Positions 1 to 10,641 of a stretch of 20,000 nt of DNA are shown here, piece after piece. The DNA comes from Chiloscyllium plagiosum (lineage: Eukaryota), in the NCBI RefSeq assembly GCF_004010195.1, contig NC_057718.1, positions 7,670,823 to 7,690,822 on the forward strand, given 5' to 3'. Within the stretch, counting starts at the first letter, position 1; the number at the start of each line of letters is the position of its first letter. The position numbers and the translations under genes were made by a program. The notes under the pieces are model-generated. The model did not search any database. It was not told the origin of the DNA and saw only the letters and a program-made list of their open reading frames with translations.

Positions 1-240
1 TAAGTCATCCTGTTTCTGTCTCTCTCTTTCTCTCCCCTTTTTATTGCTGGCCTTCCCACCCTCCTCTCTGTCTCATCTCTCTGCTTCTCCCTCCCTTTTT
101 CTCCACCCCACTTTCTACTTCATTCCCTCTCTCTCTTTTCATCTTTTCTCTGTGTTCCTCTCCCTCGCTTTCTCTTCCTCTTGCCCTTTCTGCCTCCCTC
201 CCTCTCTCGGTTTTTCACCTTCCCCTTTCTCTGCCTCTCT
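1..240. repeat. Pyrimidine-rich (CT/CCT/TTC) low-complexity tract
   Basis: The + strand is almost entirely C/T; ORFs 44..259 and 139..339 are compositional by-products. Confidence 0.85.
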
Positions 241-697
241 GTGGGTTGCATTGCTGTGATTTGCTGTGAGTTTATCCTGGAGCAGATGCTCTTGACGTGA
301 CCTCCTGGTTTGTGTTGCTATCGGGTGCTGGGGAATCATGTAGCGAGGAGAGTCTGCTGCTGGCCTAACCCTGATAAACTATGAATCTGATCAGAGAGTC
401 TGACTGTGAAACCACATAGTGACCTCTCAAAGCACCAGATTTACACAGGGATTGTCAAAGCCGGTAGCTGGACCATAATCCACTGCTCACTGGTTTTGGC
501 CGTCAACGTGAGATGTTTTTGAGTTTTTCTCCCTCTCCCCTCCTCTATCCGCTCAGTTGAGATTGTCACCTCTGACTCACTTCCACTAAACTGGATGCAA
601 AGCTAAGGATAACAGCTCAATGAACTGTTGCTTCCTGGGGAGTTTAAACAGCGAGGTCTGAGGTCTCTTCACGTTCTACCTTTTTGGGGAAATGGGG

Positions 698-822
698 GAA
701 TGACTGGCAAGGTCAGTGTTTGCGAATGTACCCTGGTTGACTTGCTCAGCCAATTCAGAGGGTAGTACGGCCGGATTGCTGCAGGGCTGGTGTCCCAAGT
801 GGGCCAGACCAGGTGAGGATTA
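698..822 (-). mobile_element. Degenerate fragment of tRNA-headed SINE 'family B' (unnamed here)
   Basis: 'cagagggtagt...gggccagaccaggtgaggat' resembles the minus-strand copy at 5385-5707 ('cagagggcagct...ggccagataaggat'). Confidence 0.45.
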
Positions 823-827
823 TCGAA

Positions 828-1010
828 GCCCTACAGTGTGCGAGGAGGCCACTTGGCCCATCTGCACAGCCCCTCCAAAGAACACTCCACCCCTTTACTC
901 TATCCTAGTAATCCTGCATTGCCCCCTGGCTGAGCCACCTAGCGTGCACATCCGTGGATGCTATGGGCAAGTTAATGTGGCCAATCCACTGTAAGCTGCA
1001 CATCTTTGAG
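828..1010 (-). mobile_element. HE1-like V-SINE 3' half, degenerate
   Basis: 'ggccacttggcccatc...tgcacatcc...tgggcaagttaatgtggccaatcc...ctgcacatctttg' parallels the copies at 4754-4955 and 14064-14359. Confidence 0.6.
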
Positions 1011-1084
1011 CAAAGCAGAGGATAGACTGGCTGAGCATAGCGGGAAATCGCATGTGACAGAAGTGACCGAGAAACACATGGGTA

Positions 1085-1140
1085 CACTACTGCAGATGCT
1101 GGCGATCTGAAATGAAAACAGACCGCACATTCTGGAAATA
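1085..1140 (-). mobile_element. 3'-end fragment of the short hammerhead-bearing (Penelope-like) element
   Basis: 'actgcagatgctggcgatctgaaatgaaaacaga' matches the terminal motif of the copies at about 4325, 12682 and 18514; the core is not clearly preserved. Confidence 0.45.
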
Positions 1141-1458
1141 ATTTGTTTCTGTCACTACCGACTCTGAGCAAAGGTTTTGACCGACAGACCAACCATCGTT
1201 CCTGATAAGGATTCTGAGGGAATGCTGTCTGTTTGAATTGCTCGTTCTGGGCTTGATATACCTGTGGCACTGTGGGTTTTTGGCAGGTGTGGGGGTTTGT
1301 GGGGTGTGCTGGTGAAAGGGGTGTTGGTATTTAAAAGCAGGAATCTTCCTAGCCCACCACCTACTCTCCCACTCCACCCTCCTCATTTTGTAGAGGGTGG
1401 GTGCGCTCCCAAATAGCAGCCTTGCCCGCCATATGTAAGAAGGATAATTGATCATTAA

Positions 1459-1781
1459 GGGTGGCATGGTGGCTCAGTGGCTAGCACTGCTGCCTCACAG
1501 CATCAGGGACCTGGGTTCGCTTCCAGCCTTGGGCAACTGTCTGTGTGGAGTTTGCACATTCTCCCCGTGTCTGTGTGGGTTTCCTCTGAGTGCTCCAGTT
1601 TCCTCCCACAGTCCAAAGATGTGCAGGTTAGGCCTTGGTAAATTGTCCAAGTGTGGGTTAGCCATGGGAAATGCAGGGTTACAGGAGTAATGTAGAGGAT
1701 GACTCTGGGTGGGATCGTCTTTGTGGTTTAGTGTGAACTTGATGGGCTGAATAGCCTGCTTCCCACTGCAGGGATTCTGTG
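1459..1781 (+). mobile_element. HE1-like V-SINE, near full length
   Basis: Pol III A box TGGCTCAGTGG at 1470-1480 and B box GGTTCGCTTCC at 1514-1524; V-domain 'ctgtctgtgtggagtttgcacattctccccgtgtctg...ccaaagatgtgcaggttagg'; CR1-like tail 'gatgggctgaatagcctgcttcc...gggattctgtg'. Confidence 0.9.
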
Positions 1782-2639
1782 GCGATTAATTAGTTTAGTT
1801 GAAATGCTGCTCATTCATAAATGTAAATGCTTTTATTTTGAATTGTGACTGAGCAAGTTGAATTTACTTTTGATTGATTAAGCCAAACCCTTGGTTTGCT
1901 AGACCAGCCATAACCCCCTGTGAAATGCCTTCACTCAACTTCACACACTTCGTAATGTTCAATTTAAATGCATAAAATGAAACTTTTGTGTCATCAAAAC
2001 AGCGGGGAACTTGAGTCTTGCTGGAAAACAACATGTTGAAGCTCTTCCTCCTTCAATCATCAGGACCAGTGCAAGAATGCCAGGTTTCAAACCATCCCAA
2101 CAATGTCTATCCCAACAGGATAGATATTGATACTGATTGGTCACAAGGCACTAATTGACTCTGATTGGCCTAGAGGTTGCTATAGAAGAAGCAATGGGGA
2201 AATCTGGGAAGTCACGAAAACTCCGTTTGTTTGCGGACCTCAGGGCCCGGCCTATGAATATACATCTCCTATAGCCAGTGTAAAGGTTCAGGAACATGAG
2301 TTTTTCTCAGCAGTATTCAGGCAGTGTTAGCAAAGCCTAACAGGGGTCCCAACACCTTTAAAGCAAAGGCAGGAAGGATAGAAAATCAGCAAGGACAGAA
2401 AACAAGCAACACTTCTGTGACTAAACTGGTTGTGTCATACAAATGGCGCAGGTGTCAGTCAGGTATGAGGGTTTCAAGCAGATGAAATCACTTACTGTTC
2501 ACAGAGACTCCAGTCAGTGGCATTATTATCCACTAACAAGCTCTCATTGACTGTTATTGTATCTGCTCATAAATCCAGGTACGCTGCTGGATGGCCAAAA
2601 CAGAAATTGTGTGATTTAGATCTGGTTTGGTCAAGTAAG

Positions 2640-2981
2640 AAGTTTATAAAATCATTGACAGTGTCTTTTCCCTGGGGTGGGGGAGTCCAGAACAGGAGGG
2701 GATAGGTTGAGGATGAGAGGGGAAAGATTTAGAAGGGACCTAAGGTGCAATTTTTTCACACACGCAGTGGTGCGTGTATGGAATGAGCTGCCAGAGGAAG
2801 TGGTGGAGGCTGGTACAATTACAACATTTAAAAGGCATCTGGATGGGTATTTGAATAGGAAGGGTTTGGAGGGATATGGGCCAAGTGCTGGCAAATGGGA
2901 CTAGATTAATTTAGGATATCGGGTCAGCATCGGCGATTTGGACTGAAGGGTCTGTTTCGCACGTTGTACAAATCTATGACT
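2640..2981 (+). mobile_element. CR1 (HER1-like) LINE 3' fragment
   Basis: Translates to the CR1 ORF2 C-terminus (FFTHAVVRVWNELPEEVVEAGTITTFKRHLD), followed by the 3' UTR 'ggactgaagggtctgtttc...ctatgact'. Confidence 0.92.
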
Positions 2982-3574
2982 GTAAGTGTCCGAGAGGTTC
3001 AGTTATCCATGAAGTTATTTTGTTAACACTGTTATCTCGTGCCAAGGTGTGGACTGGCTGCCAGTGTTCTGAAGGGCTGCTGTGTCGAGTTGTCGGAAGT
3101 TGTGTCTGAGCATATGATAAATACCACTGTGCTGAGTTGTGTAGTTTTGACTTGTTCATTTGCATCAGATTTCAGTTTCAAGAGTAACCCTTTATTCTGC
3201 AGAAATTTGCATTTTGCAGGAGACCGGGGAACAGAGATGAAGCTCTCACAGATGAGAAACCAAATGGCATGATCTATATTGCAGTAAAACTGGTCCAGGA
3301 GTGACTAAAGGACAAACTTGCTTTTCTTTCATTGCCTTCCTCAACCTCTGGGACATCCAAGATAATTTTGAGTCCATTAAGGACTTCTTGACGTGAAGTC
3401 AGTGTTGGAAACTCAAGTTTTTGTACAAGAGGAACTGTAATAATGACCAGACAGTGAGCTCGGCGAAAATGGTCTTCATAACACAATCTAATCAACCACG
3501 ATCTGATTAAATAGCGGGATGGGCTGCATCACCCACTCCTGGTACACAAAGTGATGTTGCTGTGCTTGGCAATG

Positions 3575-3766
3575 CCAGTTGAGAGAGTAATATTGCTCAG
3601 CGGTGCCAACTGGTAACTCTTCTTGCATATCTTTGAAATGTGCCATTGGAGTCTTTCACATATACCAGAAAGGCCATTTGGCCCCTCAGTTTAAAATCTA
3701 GCCCTCCCCAACAATGCAACACATGCCCAGCACTGCGCTGAAATGCAGGTTAGATTCTCCTTCACT
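3575..3766 (-). mobile_element. DeuSINE (SacSINE1/AmnSINE1-like) central-domain remnant
   Basis: 'gtgccattggagtctttcaca...gcccctcagtttaaaatcta...aatgcaacac...cagcactgcgctgaaatg...tagatt' resembles the reverse complement of the Deu domain as recalled; highly diverged. Confidence 0.5.
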
Positions 3767-3812
3767 CCCTCCTCCCACTTCACCTGAGGAAGACCTCAAT
3801 ATACTAGCAGCA

Positions 3813-4225
3813 TCAGCAACTTGGATTTATGTAGCCAACTATTAACATTCCGAGATGCTTTATGGGAGTGTAAAGCGAGCCACATGTGGGGAGCTGGCTG
3901 TAGATATTGCTAATGTGATAGCTTAGATCCTTACCATACACCTCTGATGCAGGTGGAATTTGAACCCAGACCACCAGGCCAAGAGCTGGGGACCCTACCA
4001 CTACATCACAAAAGCCCTCTGGGGGGAGATGGAAACTTGGTGGAAGAGGTGTGATTTGAGGATTGTTTTAAAGTCTGAGAGAAAGGGGCTTAAGGTGGAA
4101 ATTCCATTGTTCAGGACTTTAACAGCAAAAGAGACATTTGGTGGAGCGTTTTTAAAGTTAGGTCCACGGAGAGGGTGGAGAGATGTGGAGCTGCGAGAGC
4201 TTATGGAGACCAAGAGGGAGTGAGG
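3813..4225 (-). mobile_element. L2 LINE 3' remnant, interrupted by a SINE head
   Basis: Minus-strand translation 'FSAVKVLN-like...LSDFKTILKSHLFHQ' resembles the L2 ORF2 C-terminus; 'caacttggatttatgtagc' mirrors the L2 tail at about 6415-6443. Confidence 0.55.
3945..4020 (-). mobile_element. tRNA-derived SINE head fragment
   Basis: The minus strand reads 'tgtgatgtagtggtagg...gggttcaaattccacctgc', with A-box-like and B-box-like motifs. Confidence 0.5.
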
Positions 4226-4309
4226 ATGCTGAGCAATCTGAAACCCTCTGATCAGAGGAGTGTGCGCTACCCACTGAGTAAAGATTCACATGCTGACTTC
4301 AGTCTCCCT

Positions 4310-4436
4310 CCGGCGAAAGTGAGGACTGCAGATGCTGGAGATCAGAGTCGAGAGTGTGGTGCTGGAAAAGCACAGCAGGTCAGACAGCATCCGAGGAGCA
4401 GGAGAATCAACATTTCGGGCAAAAGCCTTTCTATCT
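4310..4436 (-). mobile_element. Short non-autonomous hammerhead-bearing (Penelope-like) element
   Basis: Near-identical to 11334-11459 and 18509-18622; flanked by the exact 16-bp direct repeat TGACTTCAGTCTCCCT at 4294-4309 and 4437-4452. Confidence 0.8.
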
Positions 4437-4753
4437 TGACTTCAGTCTCCCTTAGTCAGAGGGAGAAACAGATTTCATCAGGAAATGCATACTCAAAATG
4501 ACAGAGTCAAGGACTCGCAGCCCTCACATACAGCAGTCTTGGGGAGGGGTATTTTTGAAGACACGATATGATGCATGCTGGGAGAATGATGAGGGTGACT
4601 CAGTTGTGTTTCAGAAATGGCGTGGGCCATGGATGAAATAGCGAAATGGAGAACTGGAGGATATGAACCCTCTTGAGGGCTGAACCATCTTAATGGTGCA
4701 GACAGTGAAAAATAATGCACACACAGCCCTTTGTCAGAACATCCCCACTTAAT

Positions 4754-4955
4754 CACAGAATTCCTAACGTGTGGGAAGAGACCATTCAGCCCATCGATTC
4801 TGCACCGACCCTCTAACGAGCATTCGACCCAGGCCCATTGCCCTACCCAAACCCTGTAGCACCATGTTCACCATGAGTAACCCACCCTGTCCTGCACATC
4901 CCTGGGTACTACTGGGACAATTTAGCATGGCCAATCCACCAAACCTGTGGATCTT
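4754..4955 (-). mobile_element. HE1-like V-SINE 3' half
   Basis: 'ccattcagcccatcga...ctgcacatccctgg...caatttagcatggccaatccacc' matches the corresponding part of the minus-strand copy at 14064-14359. Confidence 0.75.
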
Positions 4956-5384
4956 AATGACTGGGTCAGCCAACTGTCTTGGGATGACAGTGATTAGCAA
5001 CTGAGTTTCAGAGCAGACCAGGCCTTCAGCTACTCACACATTGCTGTGCCATTGTGGGAATACATAAAAAATATTCAGTTTTTTCCCTTGTCTCAGATCA
5101 ACAGTACGATCTGGGTTTCTAAGGTACCACAATCCTGAGTGTGCTGACTGCCACACTCACACCCGATTTGCAAGACTCAGTTGAGTTCTGAAAAAGGGCT
5201 ATTCTGTTTTGCTCTGCAGAAATGTTGCCAGGTTCTCTCGCAATTTACACTTTGTTCAAAATCCGAACAGAGTTCATATACATCGGCCCAAAGTGACATA
5301 CCTTCATAGACAGGCACCTGTTCCCTGCAAACAAAAGGAATCTGTCCAAGCCTCTCACCTATTTTCAGTTACCCAAGAGCTTTT

Positions 5385-5707
5385 CTTTTCCTTTATTCAT
5401 TCACAGGATGAGGGCATTGCTGGCTAGGCCAGCTTTTCCCTAATTGTCCAGAGGGCAGCTCAGAGGCAACCACATTAGCTGTGGGTCTGAAGTCACACAA
5501 AGGCCAGATAAGGATGGCAGTTTCCTTTCTAAGGGACATTAGTGAACCAGATGAGGTTATGGTCATCATTGGATTCTTAATTCCAGTTTGATGTTGAGTT
5601 CAGATTCCCCCATCTGCTGTGGTGGGATTCGAACCCATCTCCCCAGAACATTATTTGGGTTTGTGGATTAACAATCCAATGATAATGCCACTAGGCCATC
5701 ATCTCCC
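5385..5707 (-). mobile_element. tRNA-headed SINE 'family B', near full length
   Basis: Minus-strand A box TGGCCTAGTGG (5688-5698) and B box GGGTTCGAATCCC (5624-5636); the body 'catctggttcactaatgtcc...ggaaactgccatcctta' is shared with 9278-9622 and 16203-16463; A-rich tail. Confidence 0.8.
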
Positions 5708-6034
5708 ATGGTGGAGCTAATTGCTTCCTGTAACATTGTCTACAGTGAAGATTCAGCCAGTTGCAGTTGACTTGTCAACCAGTCCGCACCCTTTCATCCT
5801 GTAATATGAATTATTGTTTGAATCTTGGCGTTCTTATGTTTGTCCTGCTGAGGCAAAACCTTCTGACAGGGTGCCTCTCTTTCCCGCAAAGCTGTTTCCT
5901 TTGTTGAACAGTGATGTAGTGTCTAATTCCTCGGTCAGTCTAATTCCTGTATCCAAAAAAAAACACGAAGAAAGAAACTCTGGCATTGCGCCGGGCTCCC
6001 ACTACTCTCCCCTTTATCTCAGTCTCCTTCACCC

Positions 6035-6443
6035 CTTACCCCTCTGCACTTGCTGACCTACCTTAGTTCCTGGTCCAGTAACACCTCAAATTGTAAAATC
6101 CTCATCCAGCATTTTCAAATCTCTCCATGGACTCAACTCTCGCTCTTTCTAATCTCTTCCAATTCCGTAACCTTCTGAAATGGCTGCTTTTCTCCATCCC
6201 TCCCTTCTTACACGCAGCTGATTTTTAATCCCCCCCTCCCCCACCAGGTGGCCATGCCTTCAGCTCTGAAGTTTCCTCCATAGCCCCTTTTAAGGGGCAC
6301 CAGTCTGTTTTGACCATGTATCTTCCTATCCCCATATATGGATCGGTGTCAGTTTTTTTCCCTGATAAACAGTTGTGTGAAATAAATGCCTTGGGACCTT
6401 TTACTTTACAAAAGGTGCTATGTAAATGCAGATTGTTGTTGTA
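6035..6443 (+). mobile_element. L2 LINE 3' end
   Basis: Decayed 'gctgacctac...aaaatcctcatc...ttcaaatctctccatgg' and 'ggtggccatgccttcagct'; L2-type tail 'gccttgggac...aaaggtgctatgtaaatgcag' ending in (TTG)n. Confidence 0.72.
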
Positions 6444-6555
6444 GCAAAGAAATACCAGAGGACCTGCAGTTCTCATGTAATATACAATGCACAACGAGGT
6501 CTCACAGATATATGGAGAACGAGGACACGATCATAAGAATGTAGTAAGAAAGCTC

Positions 6556-7055
6556 TTGTGAAACTTGAAAGGGTTCAGAAAAGATTTACAAGGATGTTGT
6601 CAGGGTTGGAGGGTTTGAGCTATAGGGAGAGGCGGAACAGGCTGGAGCTGGTTTCCCTGGAGTGTCGGAGGCTGAGGGGTGACCTTACAGAGGTTTACAA
6701 AATCATGAGGGGCATGGATAAGATAAATAGATGTCTTTTCCCTGGGGTAGGGGAGTCCAGAACTAGAGGGCATAGATTTAGGATGAGAGGGGAAAGATAT
6801 AAAAGGGACCGAAGGGGCAATCTTTTTCACGCAGAGGGTGGTACGTGTATGGAATGAGCTGCCAGAGGGAGTCGTGGAGGCTGGTACAATTGCAACATTT
6901 AAAAGGCATCTGGATAGGATATGAATAGGAAAGTTTGGAGGGCTGTGGGCCGGGTGCTGGCAGGTGGGACTAGATTGGGTTGGGATATCTGGTTGGCATG
7001 GACGGGTTGGACCGAAGGGTCTGTTTCCATGCTGTACATCTCTATGACTCTATGT
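6556..7055 (+). mobile_element. CR1 (HER1-like) LINE 3' fragment
   Basis: KLERVQKRFTRM...LSYRER...RRLRGDLTEVYKIMRG...RTRGH is the CR1 ORF2 C-terminus, with a frameshift; the tail is 'ctctatgactctatg'. Confidence 0.95.
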
Positions 7056-7064
7056 GACTTTAAA

Positions 7065-7392
7065 TCGGAGCACATTGCTGTGTCGAGTTTGCCTTGCCAT
7101 TCAGCAAAGTTGTATTTTGATCTGATTTTGGTTTTAGCTCGAGCTTCCTGCCTGCCTCCATCACCCATGAGCCCCTTGTGGATGTAAAGTCTCTCTAACT
7201 CTGCCTTGACGATATTCGATCCCCCAGCCTCCACTGCTCGCTGGGAAAGAAAATTGCGAAAGAATTCCGAGAGAAGCCGAGTGGCCCTCTGAGAGAAAAG
7301 GCCTCTTCTCCTCTTCGTCTTAAATGGGCAAACTGCCCACCCTGCTCGCAGACTTAGCTACAAGATGGACCATCTCCCTAGCCTCTACCCTG
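7065..7392 (-). mobile_element. Older CR1 subfamily 3' fragment
   Basis: Minus-strand translation VEAGGSNIVKAELER and 'ttttctctcagaggg' match the CR1 C-terminal region; diverged. Confidence 0.65.
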
Positions 7393-7921
7393 GTAGTTCC
7401 CTTTGCATATGCTTCACCTGTCATTGAAACTCCGAGTAAACTCCTCCTGCAGGGTAAAGCCAGTGGGTCTAATCCACAAGATTCCGCCCCTCCCCCCCCC
7501 TCCCCACCTCCCATCAGAATGGGATTGAGGTGGGACTGTGATACTGCTTCCTGTTGAATTGTTTGCTAATGTTTATTGGTGAGGATTCAGTGCAATTATT
7601 TTGATCAAAATCTGGTCACGTTTGGTGTTAATTGGCAAATTCAGAGCCCAGTGACAGATTTTGCTTCAGACTGCATTAATAAACAGCGAGAATGCATCTT
7701 AAGAGACTCAAATCCACTGGTCACCTTGCTAAGACAGAAAGTTTACATTGCTGTCGAAAGCCTGTATGTCTGGGGGAACAGTCTTCCCGATAATGCATTT
7801 GACCAGCCTGCCTTATACCGTCCAATTAAACACCCAAATAAAAATCTAACAGGCTTATGAATAGAAATGCAATTCGCGCATCAGAGGGAGACCCGTTAAT
7901 ACTGGAGAATGAGGGTGGGCT

Positions 7922-8110
7922 CCCTTAGCTGTATGGGTGGGTGAGTGAGTGAGGTGGCTGGTTTGTAGCGTGGAGTGAAGCCAACGCGTGGGTTCAATTC
8001 CTGCACCGGCTGAGGTTATCATGAAGGATCTCAGATGTGGTGACCCTCAGGTTCGACTCGCTGCCCGCTACCTCTCCCGACTGAGAGAGCAGTTCTCCGA
8101 AACAATGACA
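7922..8110 (+). mobile_element. tRNA-headed SINE 'family C'
   Basis: B box 'gggttcaattcc'; shares 'gctggtttgt...gttcaattcctgcac...ggt(ga/ag)ccctcaggtt' with 11232-11538. Confidence 0.6.
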
Positions 8111-8555
8111 ATTATGCTGTTACTATTCGGGAATGAATGTACTGTCCCCCCCCACCATCCATTTTGAAGTGTAGGATTTGAGTCTGCCCTGTGTTCCACC
8201 ATGCAGTTTGGACTGCCATTTGAGCCTGACAGGATATGTCAGGTTGGAGTTGAGGGGTCACCTTTGACCTGCCAAGGGCACCTGACCCTGCTAGGAACAG
8301 CAAGTGAAACCCGACAAAGCCCAGCCGAAGACACTTCTGTTTCCGGCTCACATTGGTCCCCTCAAAGCAAACTTGGGAAGTTTTGTTCTGCTGGGGGTCA
8401 AGGGGCCCGGGCCACTGTCTGCCGACAACCCCTCCACTCTCCCCTCCTGCGACGGAGCGAAATATTGGTAACCGTCGTGCCATGGAGATGCACCTGTTAA
8501 GACCACTCCATAGGCCAGTGTGTCAACTGCACCTCACCGTCCAATCTCAATGGAC

Positions 8556-9040
8556 CATCCCAAAGGCATGGTACAGCCAATGAGGCACTCTCAAAGGGTG
8601 TCCAAGCATGTGACAGGGTCATACAGCATAGAAACAGTCCCTTCAGCCCACCATGCTCATGCTAGCCAACACACAACTCATCCTGTGATGTAGCAGCCAA
8701 CTTGCACAGCATGATCCCACAAGCGCCAGAGCGACATTGGCTGATTATTTTTTTTCCTGAGCAAAGTTACATGAAGAGTTAAATACCACCACCCCCACCC
8801 TCCCGCAGTTGCTTCTCTGTGACATACCCCACAAATGGGGTCATTTCGCCCCCACCAGAGAGGGGCAAAAGGTGGACGTTGAGGCGAGAAGGGGTTGGGG
8901 TGGGTGGGTGGGATCAGATTTAAGGACTCACCCACAAGACACTACCTCCAGCCCCCGGAGCGCCCCCTCAGTGGGAGCCTGTATCTCAGGAGTGGGGCAT
9001 TGCATGTCTGACTGTGTGGCGTGTGTGTTCACTCTCGGGT
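8556..9040 (-). mobile_element. DeuSINE-like remnant containing a small CR1 tail piece (about 8615-8680)
   Basis: 'tacagccaatgagg', 'gcagccaacttgcacagcatgatcccacaa' and 'ccaccagagagggg...acctcc...ccctcagt' resemble reversed SacSINE1-type sequence as recalled; the insert 'acagcatagaaacagtcccttcagccca' is a reversed CR1 tail. Confidence 0.5.
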
Positions 9041-9073
9041 CAGTCTGAACTACCAATCCTATCCCCTACATCA

Positions 9074-9731
9074 GGGTGGCATGGTGGCTCAGTGGTTAGC
9101 ACTGCTGCCTCACAGTGCTGGGGATGCATGTTCAAGTCTAGCCTCGGCAATTGTCTGTGTGGAGTTTGCACATTTTCTCCGTGTCTGCGTGGGTTTCCCC
9201 TGGGAGCTCTAGTTTCCTTCCATAATCCAAAGATGTGCAGGTTAGGTTGATAGGTCCAGTTATAAGTGGAAGTTTTAGGGGAGGCAATGGCCGAGTGGTG
9301 CCGGTGGTGGACTATTAATTCAGAGATCCAGGAAATCTTCTGAGGAACCTGCGTTTGAATCCTACCACAGCAGAAGGTGGAACTTGTATTCAGTAAATAT
9401 CTGAAATGCAGAGTCTAAGGATGGCCATGAATTGGGAAAACCCATCTGGTTCACTAATGTCCTTGAGGGAAGGAAACTGCCATCCTTACCTGGTCTGGGC
9501 CTACATGTGACTCTAGGCCCGCAGCAATATGGTTGACTTTTAACTGCCCTCTGGGCAATTAGGGATGGGTAATGAATGGTGCCTAGCCAGCGATACCCAC
9601 ATCTCATGAATGCATAAAAAAAATTGACCATGGGCGATGTAAAGTTAGAGATTCTGAGTGGGGCAGGGGAGAGATGGGTCAGTGTGGACTTGATGGGCTG
9701 AATGGCCTGCTTCCACACTGTAAGGATTCTA
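9074..9731 (+). mobile_element. HE1-like V-SINE split into 9074-9253 and 9623-9731 by a family-B SINE
   Basis: Head and V-domain are homologous to 1459-1632; the tail 'gtgtggacttgatgggctgaatggcctgcttccacactgtaaggattct' resumes after the insert. Confidence 0.85.
9278..9622 (+). mobile_element. tRNA-headed SINE 'family B'
   Basis: A-box-like TGGCCGAGTGG, B-box-like GTTTGAATCC, body shared with 5385-5707, ends 'catgaatgcataaaaaaa'. Confidence 0.82.
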
Positions 9732-10316
9732 AGTCACATGTCAAACTTCTTGACGATAGAAAGCAGGAATGTGCAAAGCCGCAGGGAATTCGTCACTGTA
9801 CGTTAGAGAGCTTTTTTTAAATGTCCTATTTTATTTGCTGACAATGCCAGCCCCTTGGGCACTGTTTCTTCATCTCTTTGATGCCACCCTTGTTAACCAA
9901 ATGTTGGTGAAACGTGCAGCTACGAAGCCTGATAAATCTTGTCAAATGTCACCTGCTCGACAGCTGAAAATGGGTAGTTTCTGGGCCAGGCTTTGGAGAA
10001 GGCAGCTTATTCTCTCTCACTTTAATAGTTTGCCCTTTTGCAGCGAACAAGAGTGTTATCTGCCCACCCACACTCATCTGCCTTGCTGACGTGGTGCCTC
10101 AGTGCCTCATTTGCACATGCTATTTTTGTGAAGGAAAGCAGAGAGCTATACGCCTGCTCCACCTTCCCTCACCCACCCCCCTAGTGAGTGGCTCAGTCAG
10201 TTCAGCAGTGGCCCTGACACAATGATCAGATCCACTGAACCTTTTACAGACAATCAAAAGCACCTCACAGCCACTGACATGTCAGACTCCTGTTGCTCCT
10301 GGCAGTAGCGGAGGCT

Positions 10317-10339
10317 ACACACACACACACACACACACA

Positions 10340-10400
<61 letters not shown>

Positions 10401-10641
10401 CTCTCACACATACACACACACACAGACTCACTCGCACAGATACACACACACAGACACAAACTCACACTCACACACAGACTCCCTCTCACACACAAACACA
10501 CACTCACATAGACACAAGACACAAACATGTGTGCGCACACACAAACTCACTCACACAGACTCACTCGCACAGACACAAACTCACACTCACACACAGACTC
10601 CCTCTCTCTCTCTCACACTCACACACACACGCACACACACA
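10317..10641. repeat. Compound microsatellite (AC)13(TC)28 followed by a cryptic CA-rich repeat
   Basis: (AC)n at 10317-10342, (TC)n at 10343-10398, then degenerate CA/CT repeats to about 10641. Confidence 0.95.

Noticed and set aside
1160..1215. Possible plus-strand hammerhead remnant ('ctctgagcaaaggttttgaccgacag')
   Set aside because: The core boxes and stem are too degenerate to support.
1459..1530. tRNA genes at the A/B-box motifs (also about 5624-5698, 9074 and 9288)
   Set aside because: They continue directly into SINE bodies and I could not fold a full cloverleaf; they are tRNA-derived SINE heads.
3205..3303. Plus-strand exons after strong acceptors (ttttgcag at about 3219; also about 4614 and 5219)
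   Set aside because: No convincing donor before stop codons and no recognisable peptide.
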